Source: Escherichia coli
Lineage (GTDB): Bacteria; Pseudomonadota; Gammaproteobacteria; Enterobacterales; Enterobacteriaceae
Assembly (NCBI RefSeq): GCF_044324875.1
Contig: NZ_CP172185.1
Length of the DNA: 64,000 bases
Reading direction: 5' to 3' (one strand)
The notes below the pieces were generated by a model. That model ran no database searches and was not told the DNA's origin. It saw only the letters and a program-made list of their open reading frames with translations. A program made the position numbers and the translations under genes. Shown here one piece after another: positions 46,869 to 60,003 of this stretch; positions within the stretch are counted from its first letter, which is position 1, and each line of letters opens with the position of its first letter.

Positions 46869-47555
46869 TTACTTCTGCCCGTAATAAGCGTTGGGACCAT
46901 GCTTACGCATGAAGTGTTTATTCATCAGGTAGCTGTCGATGTGATTCAGTTGTGGGTTAATGCCGCGGGCAATCCACGCCATTTTTGCCACTTCTTCCAT
47001 CACCACCGCATTATGCACCGCATCGTGGGCATCTTTCCCCCAGGCGAACGGCCCGTGCTGGTACACCACAATCCCCGGTGTATGCAGAGGCTCGGCGTTG
47101 CCCAGCGTTTCGATAATCACTTTGCCGGTGTTCAGTTCATACTCGCCCTGCACCTCTTCTTCGCTTAACCCGCGCGTACACGGGATATCGCCAAAGAAGT
47201 AGTCGGCGTGCGTGGTGCCTAACGCCGGGATCGCCAGCCCCGCCTGCGCCCATGCGGTAGCATGAGTGGAGTGGGTATGGACAATGCCGCCAAGCGACGG
47301 ATAACGACGGTAGAGTTCGAGATGCGTCGCAGTGTCGGAAGACGGACGATACTCCCCTTCCACCACCTTACCGCTCATATCGACCACCACCATATCGTCT
47401 GCTTTCATGGTTTCGTAGGCGACACCGCTGGGCTTGATCACCACCAGCCCGCGTTCGCGGTCAATGGTGCTGACGTTGCCCCAGGTAAAGGTCACCAACC
47501 CATAGCGCGGCAGATCCATGTTGGCTTCAAACACCTGCTGTTTTAGCTTTTGCAT
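46869..47555 (-). CDS. ulaF: L-ribulose-5-phosphate 4-epimerase
   Basis: 228-aa product [29 protein letters not shown]... (class II aldolase/adducin fold); start overlaps ulaE stop (TAATG). Confidence 0.95.
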   Translation of the reverse strand: MQKLKQQVFEANMDLPRYGLVTFTWGNVSTIDRERGLVVIKPSGVAYETMKADDMVVVDMSGKVVEGEYRPSSDTATHLELYRRYPSLGGIVHTHSTHATAWAQAGLAIPALGTTHADYFFGDIPCTRGLSEEEVQGEYELNTGKVIIETLGNAEPLHTPGIVVYQHGPFAWGKDAHDAVHNAVVMEEVAKMAWIARGINPQLNHIDSYLMNKHFMRKHGPNAYYGQK

Positions 47556-48409
47556 TATGCCGCCTCCACCATGCCTGCTTTGGCCATGCGCGCTTTCACC
47601 CAATCACGCGCTTTCGCCACTTCTGCCGCCGGGTCTTCCGCCGTTTCGCTCCACATCTCAATCAGGTACGGCCCGCAATAGCCACTCTGTTTGAGCGTTT
47701 CGAAGCAACGTTCGAAATCCACTACACCCTCACCAAACGGCACGTTTTTGAAGACGCCCGGTTTGGTGTCTTTCACATGCACCGCGACGATATGCCCGAT
47801 TCCGGCCTGCAACTCCATCTGCACGTCGTTATCCCACGCCGACAGGTTGCCGATATCCGGGTAGAGCTGGAACCACGGGTTGTTGAGATAGTGCGTGTAA
47901 CCCAACGCCTTACTGATGGAGTTCATCAACGGGTAATCCATGATCTCCATCGCCAGCGTCACCTGCGCGCGGCTTGCCATCTCAACGCTCTCTTTCAGCC
48001 CGTCACGGAAACGACGACGCGTTTCGTTATTGGCTTCCTGATAGTAAACGTCATAGCCCGCCAGCTGGATCACGCGAATACCGACGTCCTGGGCGAACTG
48101 GATAGCTTTGCGCATAATCTCCAGCCCCTGCGCCCGTACCGCGTCATCTTCGCTGCCCAGCGGGAAACGACGATGAGCAGAAAGGCACATGGACGGCACG
48201 CGCACGCCAGTTTCAACAATCGCATTCACCAGCGCCAGACGCTGCTCGCGGCTCCAGTCGAGGCGCGACAGGCGATCGTCAGTTTCATCTACCGACATCT
48301 CGACAAAATCGAAGCCTAACGTTTTTGCCAGTTGCAGCCGTTCCAACCAGCACTCCCCGGCGGGGAGCGCTTTTTCATAGATGCCAAGCGGGATTTGTTT
48401 GGACAACAT
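47555..48409 (-). CDS. ulaE: L-ribulose-5-phosphate 3-epimerase
   Basis: 284-aa [45 protein letters not shown]... (xylose isomerase-like TIM barrel). Confidence 0.95.
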   Translation of the reverse strand: MLSKQIPLGIYEKALPAGECWLERLQLAKTLGFDFVEMSVDETDDRLSRLDWSREQRLALVNAIVETGVRVPSMCLSAHRRFPLGSEDDAVRAQGLEIMRKAIQFAQDVGIRVIQLAGYDVYYQEANNETRRRFRDGLKESVEMASRAQVTLAMEIMDYPLMNSISKALGYTHYLNNPWFQLYPDIGNLSAWDNDVQMELQAGIGHIVAVHVKDTKPGVFKNVPFGEGVVDFERCFETLKQSGYCGPYLIEMWSETAEDPAAEVAKARDWVKARMAKAGMVEAA

Positions 48410-48418
48410 ATCCGCTCC

Positions 48419-49069
48419 TTAGCCCCACAGTTCGGCGATGGAACGTTTGAACTGACGCGCGGCTTCAACCGGAGAAGCGGCATCACGGATACTGCGACCA
48501 GCGATAAACACGTGAATCGGAATGCCTTTGAACAGCGGCAGATCTTCCAGCGCCAGGCCACCGGTGACGGTCACTTTGAAGCCCATATCGGAAAGACGTT
48601 TGATCGCGGTAATGTCCGCTTCGCCCCACGCCACGCCTGCGGCCTGTGCGTCACGGCTGCGGTGATAAACCACCTGTTGAATGCCTGCGTCGCGCCACTG
48701 TTGCGCCTGTTCCCAGGTCCAGTAGCCGGTCAGCTCGATCTGCACGTCGCCGTTAAACTCTTTTGCCACGTCCAGCGCACCTTTGGCGGTGTTGATATCC
48801 GCACAGCAAATCACGGTCACCCAGTCAGCGTTGGCTTCAAAGCACATACGAGAAAGGATTTTGCCCGCATCGGCAATTTTGGCGTCTGCCAGTACGATTT
48901 TGTGCGGGTAAAGCGCTTTCAGATCGCGAACCGCACGCACGCCTTCGCCCACGCACAGAATGGTGCCCACTTCGATAATGTCGACTTCTTCGGCAATCAG
49001 GCGAGTGGTTTCGTAGGCGCTATCCATAGTCTGGTTGTCCAGCGCGACTTGCAACATTGGTAATGACAT
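48419..49069 (-). CDS. ulaD: 3-keto-L-gulonate-6-phosphate decarboxylase
   Basis: 216-aa product [36 protein letters not shown]... (OMP decarboxylase family). Confidence 0.95.
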   Translation of the reverse strand: MSLPMLQVALDNQTMDSAYETTRLIAEEVDIIEVGTILCVGEGVRAVRDLKALYPHKIVLADAKIADAGKILSRMCFEANADWVTVICCADINTAKGALDVAKEFNGDVQIELTGYWTWEQAQQWRDAGIQQVVYHRSRDAQAAGVAWGEADITAIKRLSDMGFKVTVTGGLALEDLPLFKGIPIHVFIAGRSIRDAASPVEAARQFKRSIAELWG

Positions 49070-49082
49070 CTTCAATTCCTTC

Positions 49083-49547
49083 TTAAGCTGCCGCGTTGGT
49101 GCGGTCAATTAAATCCAGTACTTCCTGCTCGGTACGGCAGGCGCGTAAACGGTCGAAATTCTCTTCATCTTCAAACAGGTTAACGATCTGCATGATGCCC
49201 ACTTCCTGGTGGGTGTTGGCATCAACCGCCGCCATGGTGATGAGGATATCCACCGGATCGTTATCTTCGTGGTTGAACTCCAGCGGCTTTTTCAGCGTCA
49301 CCAGCGCAAAACCGGTTTTCTTAACGCCCTCTTCCGGGCGACCGTGCGGCATTGCCAGGCCTGGTGCGAGCACAAAGTACGGACCGTGCTGTTCAACCGC
49401 ATCCAGAATCGCCTGGTAGTAACGCGGCTCGACAACATCCGCCGCCACCAGCAGGTCAACGCCGATTTTTACTGCGTCCTGCCATGTCTCAGCTTCAGCC
49501 TGCAGGCGGATGGATTTATTCTCCGCCAGCGAATCACGTAATTTCAT
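49083..49547 (-). CDS. ulaC: Ascorbate-specific PTS EIIA
   Basis: 154-aa [37 protein letters not shown]... (PTS EIIA type 2 fold, phosphorylatable His in ...AMPHGRP...). Confidence 0.95.
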   Translation of the reverse strand: MKLRDSLAENKSIRLQAEAETWQDAVKIGVDLLVAADVVEPRYYQAILDAVEQHGPYFVLAPGLAMPHGRPEEGVKKTGFALVTLKKPLEFNHEDNDPVDILITMAAVDANTHQEVGIMQIVNLFEDEENFDRLRACRTEQEVLDLIDRTNAAA

Positions 49548-49556
49548 GGCGCGTCC

Positions 49557-49862
49557 TTACTTCACATCCTGCGGGAAATGCTCTTTGATCACTTCCAGCA
49601 GTTTCGGGCCAAAGTCGGCAGGAGAGAGCATGTTGCGCACACCAACCACGTATTTGTTGCCGGTCACGGTGATTTCGCCCGCAATGTGCGTAGAAGCGAT
49701 GATGATATCCGCGCCGCTCAACTCGCTTTTGTATTCGCCAACCGCGCAGCTGTTTACCGTGTGGTCAATGTTTGATTGGGTTAAAAACTGGTCCACTTTC
49801 ATCTTCATGATCATGGAACTGCCTTGTCCGTTGCCACACACAGCCAGAATACGTACGGTCAT
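49557..49862 (-). CDS. ulaB: Ascorbate-specific PTS EIIB
   Basis: 101-aa product [27 protein letters not shown]... (active-site Cys in AVCGNG). Confidence 0.95.
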
Positions 49863-49877
49863 AATCAAAACTCCTTA

Positions 49878-51629
<1,752 letters not shown>

Positions 51630-52694
51630 ATGAGTAAAGTGAAAAGTATCACCCGAGAATCCTGGATCCTGAGCACTTTCCCGGAGTGGGGTAGCTGGCT
51701 GAATGAAGAAATTGAACAAGAACAGGTCGCCCCTGGCACATTTGCGATGTGGTGGCTAGGCTGCACCGGGATCTGGCTGAAATCAGAAGGTGGCACCAAC
51801 GTTTGCGTTGATTTCTGGTGCGGCACTGGCAAACAAAGTCACGGTAACCCGTTAATGAAACAGGGTCACCAGATGCAGCGCATGGCTGGCGTGAAAAAAC
51901 TGCAGCCAAACCTGCGTACCACCCCGTTTGTTCTTGATCCGTTTGCGATTCGCCAGATCGACGCGGTACTGGCGACTCACGATCACAACGATCATATCGA
52001 CGTTAACGTCGCTGCTGCCGTGATGCAGAACTGTGCTGATGACGTACCGTTTATCGGACCGAAAACCTGTGTGGATTTGTGGATTGGCTGGGGCGTACCG
52101 AAAGAGCGTTGCATCGTGGTCAAACCGGGCGATGTTGTAAAAGTGAAAGACATTGAAATTCATGCGCTTGACGCTTTCGACCGTACTGCACTGATCACCC
52201 TACCTGCCGATCAAAAAGCGGCTGGCGTACTGCCAGATGGCATGGACGATCGCGCAGTAAACTACCTGTTCAAAACCCCTGGCGGTTCCCTGTATCACAG
52301 TGGCGATTCCCACTACTCTAACTATTATGCGAAGCACGGTAACGAACATCAGATCGATGTGGCGTTAGGATCGTACGGTGAGAACCCGCGCGGTATTACC
52401 GACAAAATGACCAGCGCCGATATGCTGCGTATGGGTGAAGCCCTGAATGCGAAAGTGGTTATCCCGTTCCACCACGACATCTGGTCAAACTTCCAGGCCG
52501 ATCCGCAAGAAATCCGCGTGCTGTGGGAGATGAAAAAAGATCGTCTGAAGTATGGCTTCAAGCCGTTTATCTGGCAGGTGGGCGGCAAATTTACCTGGCC
52601 GTTGGATAAAGACAACTTCGAGTACCACTATCCGCGTGGTTTCGATGATTGCTTCACTATTGAACCGGATCTGCCGTTCAAGTCATTCCTGTAA
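51630..52694 (+). CDS. ulaG: L-ascorbate-6-phosphate lactonase (metallo-beta-lactamase fold)
   Basis: 354-aa product [47 protein letters not shown]... with HxHxDH motif ([10 protein letters not shown]). Confidence 0.95.
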
Positions 52695-52801
52695 TCTGTC
52701 GTTTATACCGGATAGCGTGGAGTAGTTCGCGCTATCCGGCGTAGTATTTCCTGGCTATTTCAAATATCATCTAAAAAAATCAAATTTTATCGGAATAGCT
52801 C

Positions 52802-53557
52802 ATGACTGAAGCACAAAGACATCAAATCCTCCTGGAAATGCTCGCACAATTGGGCTTTGTGACCGTTGAGAAAGTCGTTGAGCGTCTGGGAATTTCGCCT
52901 GCCACTGCGCGACGCGATATCAATAAACTTGACGAAAGCGGCAAACTGAAAAAAGTGCGCAATGGCGCAGAAGCTATTACCCAGCAGCGCCCGCGCTGGA
53001 CGCCGATGAATCTGCATCAGGCGCAGAATCACGATGAAAAAGTACGTATTGCTAAAGCGGCCTCGCAGCTGGTTAATCCGGGCGAAAGCGTAGTCATCAA
53101 CTGCGGCTCCACCGCGTTTCTGCTTGGGCGGGAAATGTGTGGCAAGCCTGTGCAAATCATCACTAATTATCTACCGCTGGCAAATTACCTGATCGATCAG
53201 GAGCATGACAGTGTGATCATTATGGGCGGACAATACAACAAAAGTCAGTCCATCACTTTAAGCCCGCAAGGCAGCGAAAACAGTCTCTATGCCGGGCACT
53301 GGATGTTTACCAGCGGCAAAGGGCTGACAGCAGAAGGGTTGTATAAAACCGATATGCTGACGGCAATGGCAGAGCAGAAGATGCTAAGCGTGGTAGGGAA
53401 ACTGGTGGTACTGGCTGATAGCAGTAAGATCGGCGAACGCGCGGGAATGCTTTTTAGCCGTGCCGATCAAATCGATATGCTGATCACCGGCAAAAATGCT
53501 AACCCGGAAATCCTGCAACAACTGGAAGCGCAAGGGGTCAGCATTCTGCGTGTTTAA
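52802..53557 (+). CDS. ulaR: DeoR-family repressor of the ula regulon
   Basis: 251-aa [50 protein letters not shown]... (HTH + sugar-phosphate binding domain). Confidence 0.95.
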   Translation: MTEAQRHQILLEMLAQLGFVTVEKVVERLGISPATARRDINKLDESGKLKKVRNGAEAITQQRPRWTPMNLHQAQNHDEKVRIAKAASQLVNPGESVVINCGSTAFLLGREMCGKPVQIITNYLPLANYLIDQEHDSVIIMGGQYNKSQSITLSPQGSENSLYAGHWMFTSGKGLTAEGLYKTDMLTAMAEQKMLSVVGKLVVLADSSKIGERAGMLFSRADQIDMLITGKNANPEILQQLEAQGVSILRV

Positions 53558-54303
53558 AGATGCTGGCGGAAAAATGTCACGGCAGCATCTAACGCCTCAG
53601 GCGTAATGCGGTGACGCACGCCTGGCTGCCATGAACAGGTTAGCAGTTTATCCCGTCCCGTCTCGCTTAAGGCCTGCTGCAAACGTAGTGATTCGTCGGC
53701 AGGCACGACGTCATCGTCAAGGCCATGCCACAGCAGTAGAGGTCTGTCAGCAAGTTGTTCCAGGTGGTTTGTCGCTTCCCACTCTGCCAGCGGCGCGACA
53801 ATGTTATTGAATTCATTCTGCTGTGCTGCCGTTTCAGGTATCAGCGGTGGAAACAGTGAACGGGCGAGCGATGTAAAATAGCCCGATCCCATCATGCTGG
53901 CGGTACATTTCACCGTGGAGTGGCGAGCGGTAATTCCCAGTGCCGTCATCGCGCCCATCGACGCGCCACCGACTGCCAGACGGTCAGCAAGCAGCCAGTT
54001 TTCTTCGGCTATTGCCGCACGTAACGTAGTGAATTCCTGCATACTTTGTAGCAAGATTTGCCAGAATTGATTTAACCGCCGCGCTGCGTCGCCACTAAAA
54101 CGACTACCGTGATCGGGCGCATCCGGCATGATCACCCGCAAACCAGCCTGCGCCAGCGCAACGGCAAAATAGCTATACACCAGACTGGACGAAGTAAAGC
54201 CGTGATAAAAAATCGCGCACGGTAACGGGGTATCTTTTTGCCCGACAGGATAAGCATGAAGAACGGGAATATCTGCCAGCTCGCGTGATTCTATTTCAAT
54301 CAT
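53554..54303 (-). CDS. yjfP: Alpha/beta-hydrolase esterase YjfP
   Basis: 249-aa [42 protein letters not shown]... with GxSxG nucleophile elbow (GGASMG); 3' end overlaps ulaR stop by 4 nt (convergent). Confidence 0.93.
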   Translation of the reverse strand: MIEIESRELADIPVLHAYPVGQKDTPLPCAIFYHGFTSSSLVYSYFAVALAQAGLRVIMPDAPDHGSRFSGDAARRLNQFWQILLQSMQEFTTLRAAIAEENWLLADRLAVGGASMGAMTALGITARHSTVKCTASMMGSGYFTSLARSLFPPLIPETAAQQNEFNNIVAPLAEWEATNHLEQLADRPLLLWHGLDDDVVPADESLRLQQALSETGRDKLLTCSWQPGVRHRITPEALDAAVTFFRQHL

Positions 54304-54484
54304 CTGTCTCTCCTTTTTGTCTGGTATGACATGAAGAAATCCTTAGCACAAGTTTCTGCTGGCGGTATTAGTTCATAATGTTGAGATGTGGGTTACGCTT
54401 TCATCACGTTTTCATTCGAAAATCGCGTACCAGGTAACAATTCGGGAACATTCCCCCAAAGTTAAATTAATAAGGCACTACACT

Positions 54485-54814
54485 ATGGTTAGCAGGAAAC
54501 GTAATAGCGTTATTTACCGGTTTGCCAGTTTATTATTGGTGTTGATGTTAAGTGCCTGTAGCGCACTACAAGGTACGCCACAGCCAGCACCGCCAGTAAC
54601 CGACCATCCGCAAGAGATTCGCCGCGACCAGACGCAAGGGTTACAGCGAATAGGTAGCGTAAGCACGATGGTTCGGGGTTCTCCGGATGACGCATTAGCA
54701 GAAATCAGAGCGAAAGCTGTCGCTGCAAAAGCTGATTATTACGTTGTCGTCATGGTGGACGAAACCATCGTGACAGGACAGTGGTATTCACAAGCCATTT
54801 TGTACCGTAAATAA
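54485..54814 (+). CDS. bsmA: Lipoprotein BsmA (YjfO), DUF1471
   Basis: 109-aa product MVSRKRNSVIYRFASLLLVLMLSAC|SALQGTPQ... lipobox LSAC; ORF track extends 33 codons upstream. Confidence 0.9.
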   Translation: MVSRKRNSVIYRFASLLLVLMLSACSALQGTPQPAPPVTDHPQEIRRDQTQGLQRIGSVSTMVRGSPDDALAEIRAKAVAAKADYYVVVMVDETIVTGQWYSQAILYRK

Positions 54815-54962
54815 ATCAGACAACTTACATAGTCAGCTTTACATTGCTTTGCGTCCCTATGCGTTTACCTGTGCACAATAAATTACCGGCTGGAAGCCTG
54901 GGCGTTTATTACCGCGATGGAATGCCCTGCAACATGTGGGGAAACGAAAAATGGAGCTGACG

Positions 54963-55238
54963 ATGAAACAATTACTTGCCTCACCCTCGCTGCAATTAGT
55001 GACTTATCCTGCGAGCGCCACGGCACAGTCTGCAGAATTCGCCAGTGCTGACTGCGTGACGGGCCTGAATGAAATAGGTCAGATCTCAGTTAGCAATATT
55101 TCAGGGGATCCGCAGGACGTGGAACGTATCGTGGCGTTAAAGGCCGATGAACAAGGTGCGTCATGGTACCGCATTATTACCATGTACGAAGACCAGCAGC
55201 CTGATAACTGGCGCGTACAGGCGATACTGTATGCATGA
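54963..55238 (+). CDS. yjfN: DUF1471 protein YjfN
   Basis: 91-aa product MKQLLASPSLQLVTYPASATAQSAEFASADCVTGLNEIGQISVS... Confidence 0.88.
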   Translation: MKQLLASPSLQLVTYPASATAQSAEFASADCVTGLNEIGQISVSNISGDPQDVERIVALKADEQGASWYRIITMYEDQQPDNWRVQAILYA

Positions 55239-55261
55239 GTGTCATCTACAGCAAATGAACA

Positions 55262-55297
55262 ATGCCGGATGCGGCGCGAGCGCCTTGTCCGGCCTAT
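55262..55297. repeat. REP element
   Basis: AATGCCGGATGCGGCGCGAGCGCCTTGTCCGGCCTATAA unit after yjfN. Confidence 0.8.
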
Positions 55298-55354
55298 AAT
55301 TTTCACATATTTCATTGAGTTAATTGAAACCAGCGTTGCATCAGTCGTATACGC

Positions 55355-56980
55355 TTACACACACACTCCCCCCGTCGCCCGCAGCAATAAATCATTCTGG
55401 ATCTGCTCTGACAACCGTACGCCGCCGCGCGTATCTAACATCACCTGACACCACGCCTGCGCCATTGGCGGAGAGGCATATTTCAACATTTGCGCACCGC
55501 AGCCCAGCAGGAATAGCTGATGAGTAATCTCTCGCCCCAGTTCTTCAGCAGGCTTACGCAGCTGCTGCTGTAAACGACGAACCGCGCGATCAAAATAGCG
55601 ATCCTGCCCTTTCACTTCCACAAATGCTTCCGACAATAAGTCGTATACACCCGCTTGCTTATTGAGAACGCGCAGCACATCCAGGCACATAATATTGCCG
55701 GAACCTTCCCAAATACTGTTTACCGGCATCTCCCGGTAAAGCCGCGGCAGCTCGCTCTCCTCGCAATAACCAATGCCGCCCAGCACCTCCATCGCTTCGG
55801 CCACAAACGGCATACCTCGTTTGCAGATCACAAATTTTGCCGCAGGCGTAAATAAACGCGCCCACAGGGCTTCTTTGGCATCGGCACGCCGGTCCCACGC
55901 TCGCGCAAGACGAAACAGCAACGCCGTTTGCCCTTCAAGCTGAAGTGCCATGCGACTTAAGACATGACGCATAAGGGGCTGTTGGATCAATGGATTACCA
56001 AAAACATGGCGTTGATGTGCATGATAAATCGCCAGCGAAAATGCACGGCGCATCATGGCATGGCTACCCAGGGCGCAATCAAAACGCGTCATCCCCCCCA
56101 TTTTCAGGATCAGACGAATTCCTTCCCCTTCCTGCCCCAACAACCAGCCAATGGCATCCTGAAACTCCACTTCGCAGCTGGCGTTAGAGCGATTACCCAG
56201 CTTATCTTTCAGCCGCTCGAGGCGAATCGCGTTGCGTTGCCCGTCAGGCAAAAAGCGCGGCACAAAAAAGCAGGATAAACCGCCCGTAGTCTGCGCCAGC
56301 ACCAGATGCGCATCGCTTTGCGGCACCGAGAAAAACCATTTATGCCCCACCAGCCGATAAGAGCCATCTTCCAGACGCTCTGCGCGGGTGGTGTTGCTCA
56401 TGACATCGGAACCGCCCTGCTTTTCCGTCATTCCCATGCCAATCAACAAACCGCGTTTTTGCCCACCTGGCAATAAGTGAGAATCGTAGCGATCGCTCAA
56501 CAGCGGCGTGGTCCAGTCCTGAAACGGCGCGGGTAACATCTGTAACAGCAATGGCGTGGCGGCAAAGGTCATCGTTATCGGACATAACGACCCTGCCTCA
56601 ACCTGTGCGTGCAACATAAAACGCGCCGCGCGCGCCACAAATGCGCCGGAGCGAGCGTCTTCTTCCCAGGCAAGATTGTGCACCCGATTGGTACATAGCG
56701 CCTGCATCAGCAAGTGCCAGGCGGGGTGAAAACGCACATCGTCCAGATGGCGTCCTTGCGCATCGTAGCGCAATAATTCAGGCGGATTCACATTCGCCAG
56801 CCGCCCCAGTTCAAGGGATTCAGCCGTCCCTAACTGCTGACCAATACTAGCTAGAAAATCGCTATCCCAGCCAGCACCTTCACGCGTTACCGCTTCGCAG
56901 AGCGCGCCATCAGACAGGTATAAGTTGCTGTTATTTAATGGTATAGGTTGATTAAAAACGGTGTGAGTTTGCCAGTGCAC
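55355..56980 (-). CDS. aidB: Acyl-CoA dehydrogenase-family adaptive-response protein AidB
   Basis: 541-aa product starting at GTG 56978-56980 (HWQTHTVFNQPIPLNNSNLYLSDGALCEAV...), GGAGGGAG RBS upstream; ORF track begins 6 codons earlier. Confidence 0.93.
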   Translation of the reverse strand: MHWQTHTVFNQPIPLNNSNLYLSDGALCEAVTREGAGWDSDFLASIGQQLGTAESLELGRLANVNPPELLRYDAQGRHLDDVRFHPAWHLLMQALCTNRVHNLAWEEDARSGAFVARAARFMLHAQVEAGSLCPITMTFAATPLLLQMLPAPFQDWTTPLLSDRYDSHLLPGGQKRGLLIGMGMTEKQGGSDVMSNTTRAERLEDGSYRLVGHKWFFSVPQSDAHLVLAQTTGGLSCFFVPRFLPDGQRNAIRLERLKDKLGNRSNASCEVEFQDAIGWLLGQEGEGIRLILKMGGMTRFDCALGSHAMMRRAFSLAIYHAHQRHVFGNPLIQQPLMRHVLSRMALQLEGQTALLFRLARAWDRRADAKEALWARLFTPAAKFVICKRGMPFVAEAMEVLGGIGYCEESELPRLYREMPVNSIWEGSGNIMCLDVLRVLNKQAGVYDLLSEAFVEVKGQDRYFDRAVRRLQQQLRKPAEELGREITHQLFLLGCGAQMLKYASPPMAQAWCQVMLDTRGGVRLSEQIQNDLLLRATGGVCV

Positions 56981-57063
56981 TGTGTCTCCCTCCATCAATG
57001 GCAGTCACCCTTAGTATGGTCACTGCCATGGATTCCTGACAGAAAGAGATTGCTAAAACATTC

Positions 57064-58227
57064 TTATCCAGCAATGTAATGCGGAACGAAACGTGAGGTG
57101 TCTTTGGTGATCAGCGTGTTATCTTCACGGATCCCCATTCCGCACGCTTCATCATCGACAATCCAGCTACCGATGAGTGTGTAGCTATCGCCAAATCGCG
57201 GCAGAGGTTGAAGCGCCTGGTAGATCATCGGTTCATCGGCGTAATCACCATCAGCGTGGTCAACGACGTTATTCTGACCGTCGAAAATGGTGACGTTTCC
57301 GCCTTCGCGTGAGTAGATCGGTTTACGCACATAGCTTTCGCCAGCGGCAATCTGCGGTTTTTCGCCCTCAAACCAGGATGCAAGAAGGTTAGGATGACCA
57401 GGAAAGAAACGCCAAAGCAGCGGCATTAACCCTTTGTTGCTCAAGATACTTTTCCATAACGGCTCCACCCATTGCTCGCGACGCTTGCGCAGCAGCGGAC
57501 CGTTATCGTCACGCATCATCCACTCTAGCGGATACAGCTTAAATGCACGCTGGATGACATTATCATCAAGATCGGTCAGTACACCGCCGACGCCCAAACC
57601 GAGATCTTCAATGTAGATAAACCGCGACTCCTGCCCAGCCTGCTGGGCGCAGTCCTGCAAGTACAGCACGGTAGTCCTGTCTTCATCGGTGTCCTGACAG
57701 CAGCAAAAATAAAACGGTTCCCGACTGTAAAGCTCACTAAAGCGCGAAATCAGGCGTTCCTGAATGGCATTGTACTGATCGGCGTCACGTGGAATAACGC
57801 CGCTGCGCCGGGCATCTTCCAGCCACAGCCACTGGAAATAAGCCGATTCATACAACGAGGTTGGCGTATCGGCGTTGTACTCCAGCAGCTTCACCGGCGC
57901 ATTGCCACACCAGGCAAAATCCATCCGGCCATACAGCGAAGGATCGCGTGCGCGCCAGCTTTCGGCGATCACATCCCAGTACAACGGCGGGATCGCCAGT
58001 TGCGTCAGGATCTCTTCGTCTTTAACCGCGCGATCTACCACCTCAAGGCACATCTGATGCAGTTCCGCAGTCGGTTTTTCGATCTGCTCTTCAATCTGGC
58101 GCAGGGTAAAGCGGTAAGCCCGACTCTCATCCCAATAGATTTCATTGTCGATGATATGAAAGTCGAAACCGTTGTCAGCGGCGATCTGGTCCAGATCCCA
58201 CCGTACAGGAACGTTGTGTCTCAGCAT
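57064..58227 (-). CDS. yjfC: Glutathionylspermidine-synthase-like ATP-grasp protein YjfC
   Basis: 387-aa product MLRHNVPVRWDLDQIAADNGFDFHIIDNEIYWDESRAYRF...; last gene of yjfIJKLMC cluster. Confidence 0.92.
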   Translation of the reverse strand: MLRHNVPVRWDLDQIAADNGFDFHIIDNEIYWDESRAYRFTLRQIEEQIEKPTAELHQMCLEVVDRAVKDEEILTQLAIPPLYWDVIAESWRARDPSLYGRMDFAWCGNAPVKLLEYNADTPTSLYESAYFQWLWLEDARRSGVIPRDADQYNAIQERLISRFSELYSREPFYFCCCQDTDEDRTTVLYLQDCAQQAGQESRFIYIEDLGLGVGGVLTDLDDNVIQRAFKLYPLEWMMRDDNGPLLRKRREQWVEPLWKSILSNKGLMPLLWRFFPGHPNLLASWFEGEKPQIAAGESYVRKPIYSREGGNVTIFDGQNNVVDHADGDYADEPMIYQALQPLPRFGDSYTLIGSWIVDDEACGMGIREDNTLITKDTSRFVPHYIAG

Positions 58228-58229
58228 GA

Positions 58230-58868
58230 TTAGCCTCCCCAATGCCCACGGGCGCTGGAAGAACGACCATAGCCGCCGCGAGAAACGGTTGACGCTTTTT
58301 TGGTGGTAAAGCCGCCCGAAGAATAGGACTCTTTTTTGCCAGAACCGGAGCGCCAGGAGTAATCACCGGAAGTGTTGCGCCAGACGGGGCGCGAAGCAAA
58401 AGAGGAACCGCCGCTGTTATACACAAACTGCTCGTCGCGATCTTTACGAATAACCCGGCTTAACAAAAATCCAGAAACAACCGGGATCCAACTCTGTTCA
58501 ACGTTGTCGTAGTAACAATTTTCATACTTAGACTGACAATTCTGCTGAGTCATATTCTTTGGAACATCGGCATAAAACGCCGCTTTGGCGTTGTTCCAGC
58601 CATGAGCACAGATATCTGAATTATTACCGTCATCAATACAATCCTGCACAGTCGAGTAAAACGTTCCGTCGCCGTCGTTATCGACATCGCCACTATCGCC
58701 ACAACCTTTCAATACGAAAAAAGCGGCACCGCCCATTAGCGCCAACGTTAAGTATTTTTGTGCGTAACGATTGCGACGCGGTTCAAAAGGATTATTCGGT
58801 CTACCAATGCGACTGATCGCTCCGTGACCAATTTTACTGTTATTTCTTGATTTGCGTTTTCTGGCCAT
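58230..58868 (-). CDS. yjfM: DUF1190 protein YjfM
   Basis: 212-aa ORF MARKRKSRNNSKIGHGAISRIGRPNNPFEPRRNRYAQKYLTLALMGGAAFFVLKGC... (membrane anchor, Cys/Gly/Ser-rich tail). Confidence 0.9.
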   Translation of the reverse strand: MARKRKSRNNSKIGHGAISRIGRPNNPFEPRRNRYAQKYLTLALMGGAAFFVLKGCGDSGDVDNDGDGTFYSTVQDCIDDGNNSDICAHGWNNAKAAFYADVPKNMTQQNCQSKYENCYYDNVEQSWIPVVSGFLLSRVIRKDRDEQFVYNSGGSSFASRPVWRNTSGDYSWRSGSGKKESYSSGGFTTKKASTVSRGGYGRSSSARGHWGG

Positions 58869-58877
58869 GATCGTCCA

Positions 58878-59276
58878 TTACCATGTCATACAAGCTGCGT
58901 TAAAAATACCGCCAGCCAGTGCGGCGGTTCCCATAAACATTCCTGCTGCGGTATTGTGATTAATAATTTTTTCGCTTAATGCGGGCATATAAAGTCTGAC
59001 GCCAGCAAAAACGAGTAACTGAATCACCAGTGCGATCCCGCCCCAGGCGAAATAGTCTGGAATACTCACCGCATTGATTGCCGCACTGGATAAGGGGATC
59101 ACGTAACCCAACAATGTACCGCTGAACGCCAGTGACGCCGCGGTATTATTGTTTTTGATTAACTGCCATTCGTTGTGCGGTGTAATTTTTGAATAGATAA
59201 ACAGAAAAATAATCACCATAGCCACGCCAATAAAAAAATAGGCACTAAAGGCAAGAAGAGAATCCAGTATATGCAT
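58878..59276 (-). CDS. yjfL: DUF350 inner-membrane protein YjfL
   Basis: 132-aa product MHILDSLLAFSAYFFIGVAMVIIFLFIYSKITPHNEWQLIKNN... from ATG 59274-59276; ORF track extends 27 codons upstream. Confidence 0.9.
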   Translation of the reverse strand: MHILDSLLAFSAYFFIGVAMVIIFLFIYSKITPHNEWQLIKNNNTAASLAFSGTLLGYVIPLSSAAINAVSIPDYFAWGGIALVIQLLVFAGVRLYMPALSEKIINHNTAAGMFMGTAALAGGIFNAACMTW

Positions 59277-59293
59277 TGTAAACGTCCTTGTAA

Positions 59294-59953
59294 TTAACCA
59301 ATAATATGAAGTGATGTCAGCGGGATATCGACACCCAACGCGCGCGAAAATAACCACTCTGGCTCGCCGAGATCGTTAAAAGATTCCTCACCATTTAGCA
59401 GCAAATATTCGTAAGTATCTTCGGTTACTTGCCGTTGGTAGCCCATGGTAAAATTATGTACTTCCCATTTGGCATGGTTTTGATTTTCTACTTTTTCCAG
59501 CATGTAGACGGGTTCGATATTTCCCGGTTCTTCGCTGTTAAAAAATCGCTGCCAGCGTTTTTCCTGCCAGTTTAAGGTCATTGCCCCCATCGCTTTGGCA
59601 TTGATCGTCTCGCGCCAGTGACTCTCTTTACTGATACCGTAGCTCTCTTCATAGACAAAGAGCTTGATATCATCAATGTTATCAATATTTTCGCCGCCGG
59701 TGGTATTGATTTGCAGAAACTCATCGCCTGAAGTGTAGTAGCGGAAAATCTGGCTACCGCCGCCCAGATCGATGTGACTGACAGCGGCTACCGTAAATTC
59801 CTCACCCGGCAGCGCAATCAGCAATTCATCTTCCAGCAAACGAAACGCTAACGTGTCGAGCGTAAAGCCACTATTGAGATGAAGTCCCAGCGGACCGCGA
59901 GCGATAGCAGGCTTATTATCCTTGCCAAACAGACGCTGGAAAAAACCAGACAT
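59294..59953 (-). CDS. yjfK: DUF2491 protein YjfK
   Basis: 219-aa ORF MSGFFQRLFGKDNKPAIARGPLGLHLNSGFTLDTLAFRL... Confidence 0.9.
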   Translation of the reverse strand: MSGFFQRLFGKDNKPAIARGPLGLHLNSGFTLDTLAFRLLEDELLIALPGEEFTVAAVSHIDLGGGSQIFRYYTSGDEFLQINTTGGENIDNIDDIKLFVYEESYGISKESHWRETINAKAMGAMTLNWQEKRWQRFFNSEEPGNIEPVYMLEKVENQNHAKWEVHNFTMGYQRQVTEDTYEYLLLNGEESFNDLGEPEWLFSRALGVDIPLTSLHIIG

Positions 59954-60003
59954 ATTTTATCCTTAAAATAGTTGCCAGCCTTGCAGTGAGGCTGGCAAAA
60001 AAA

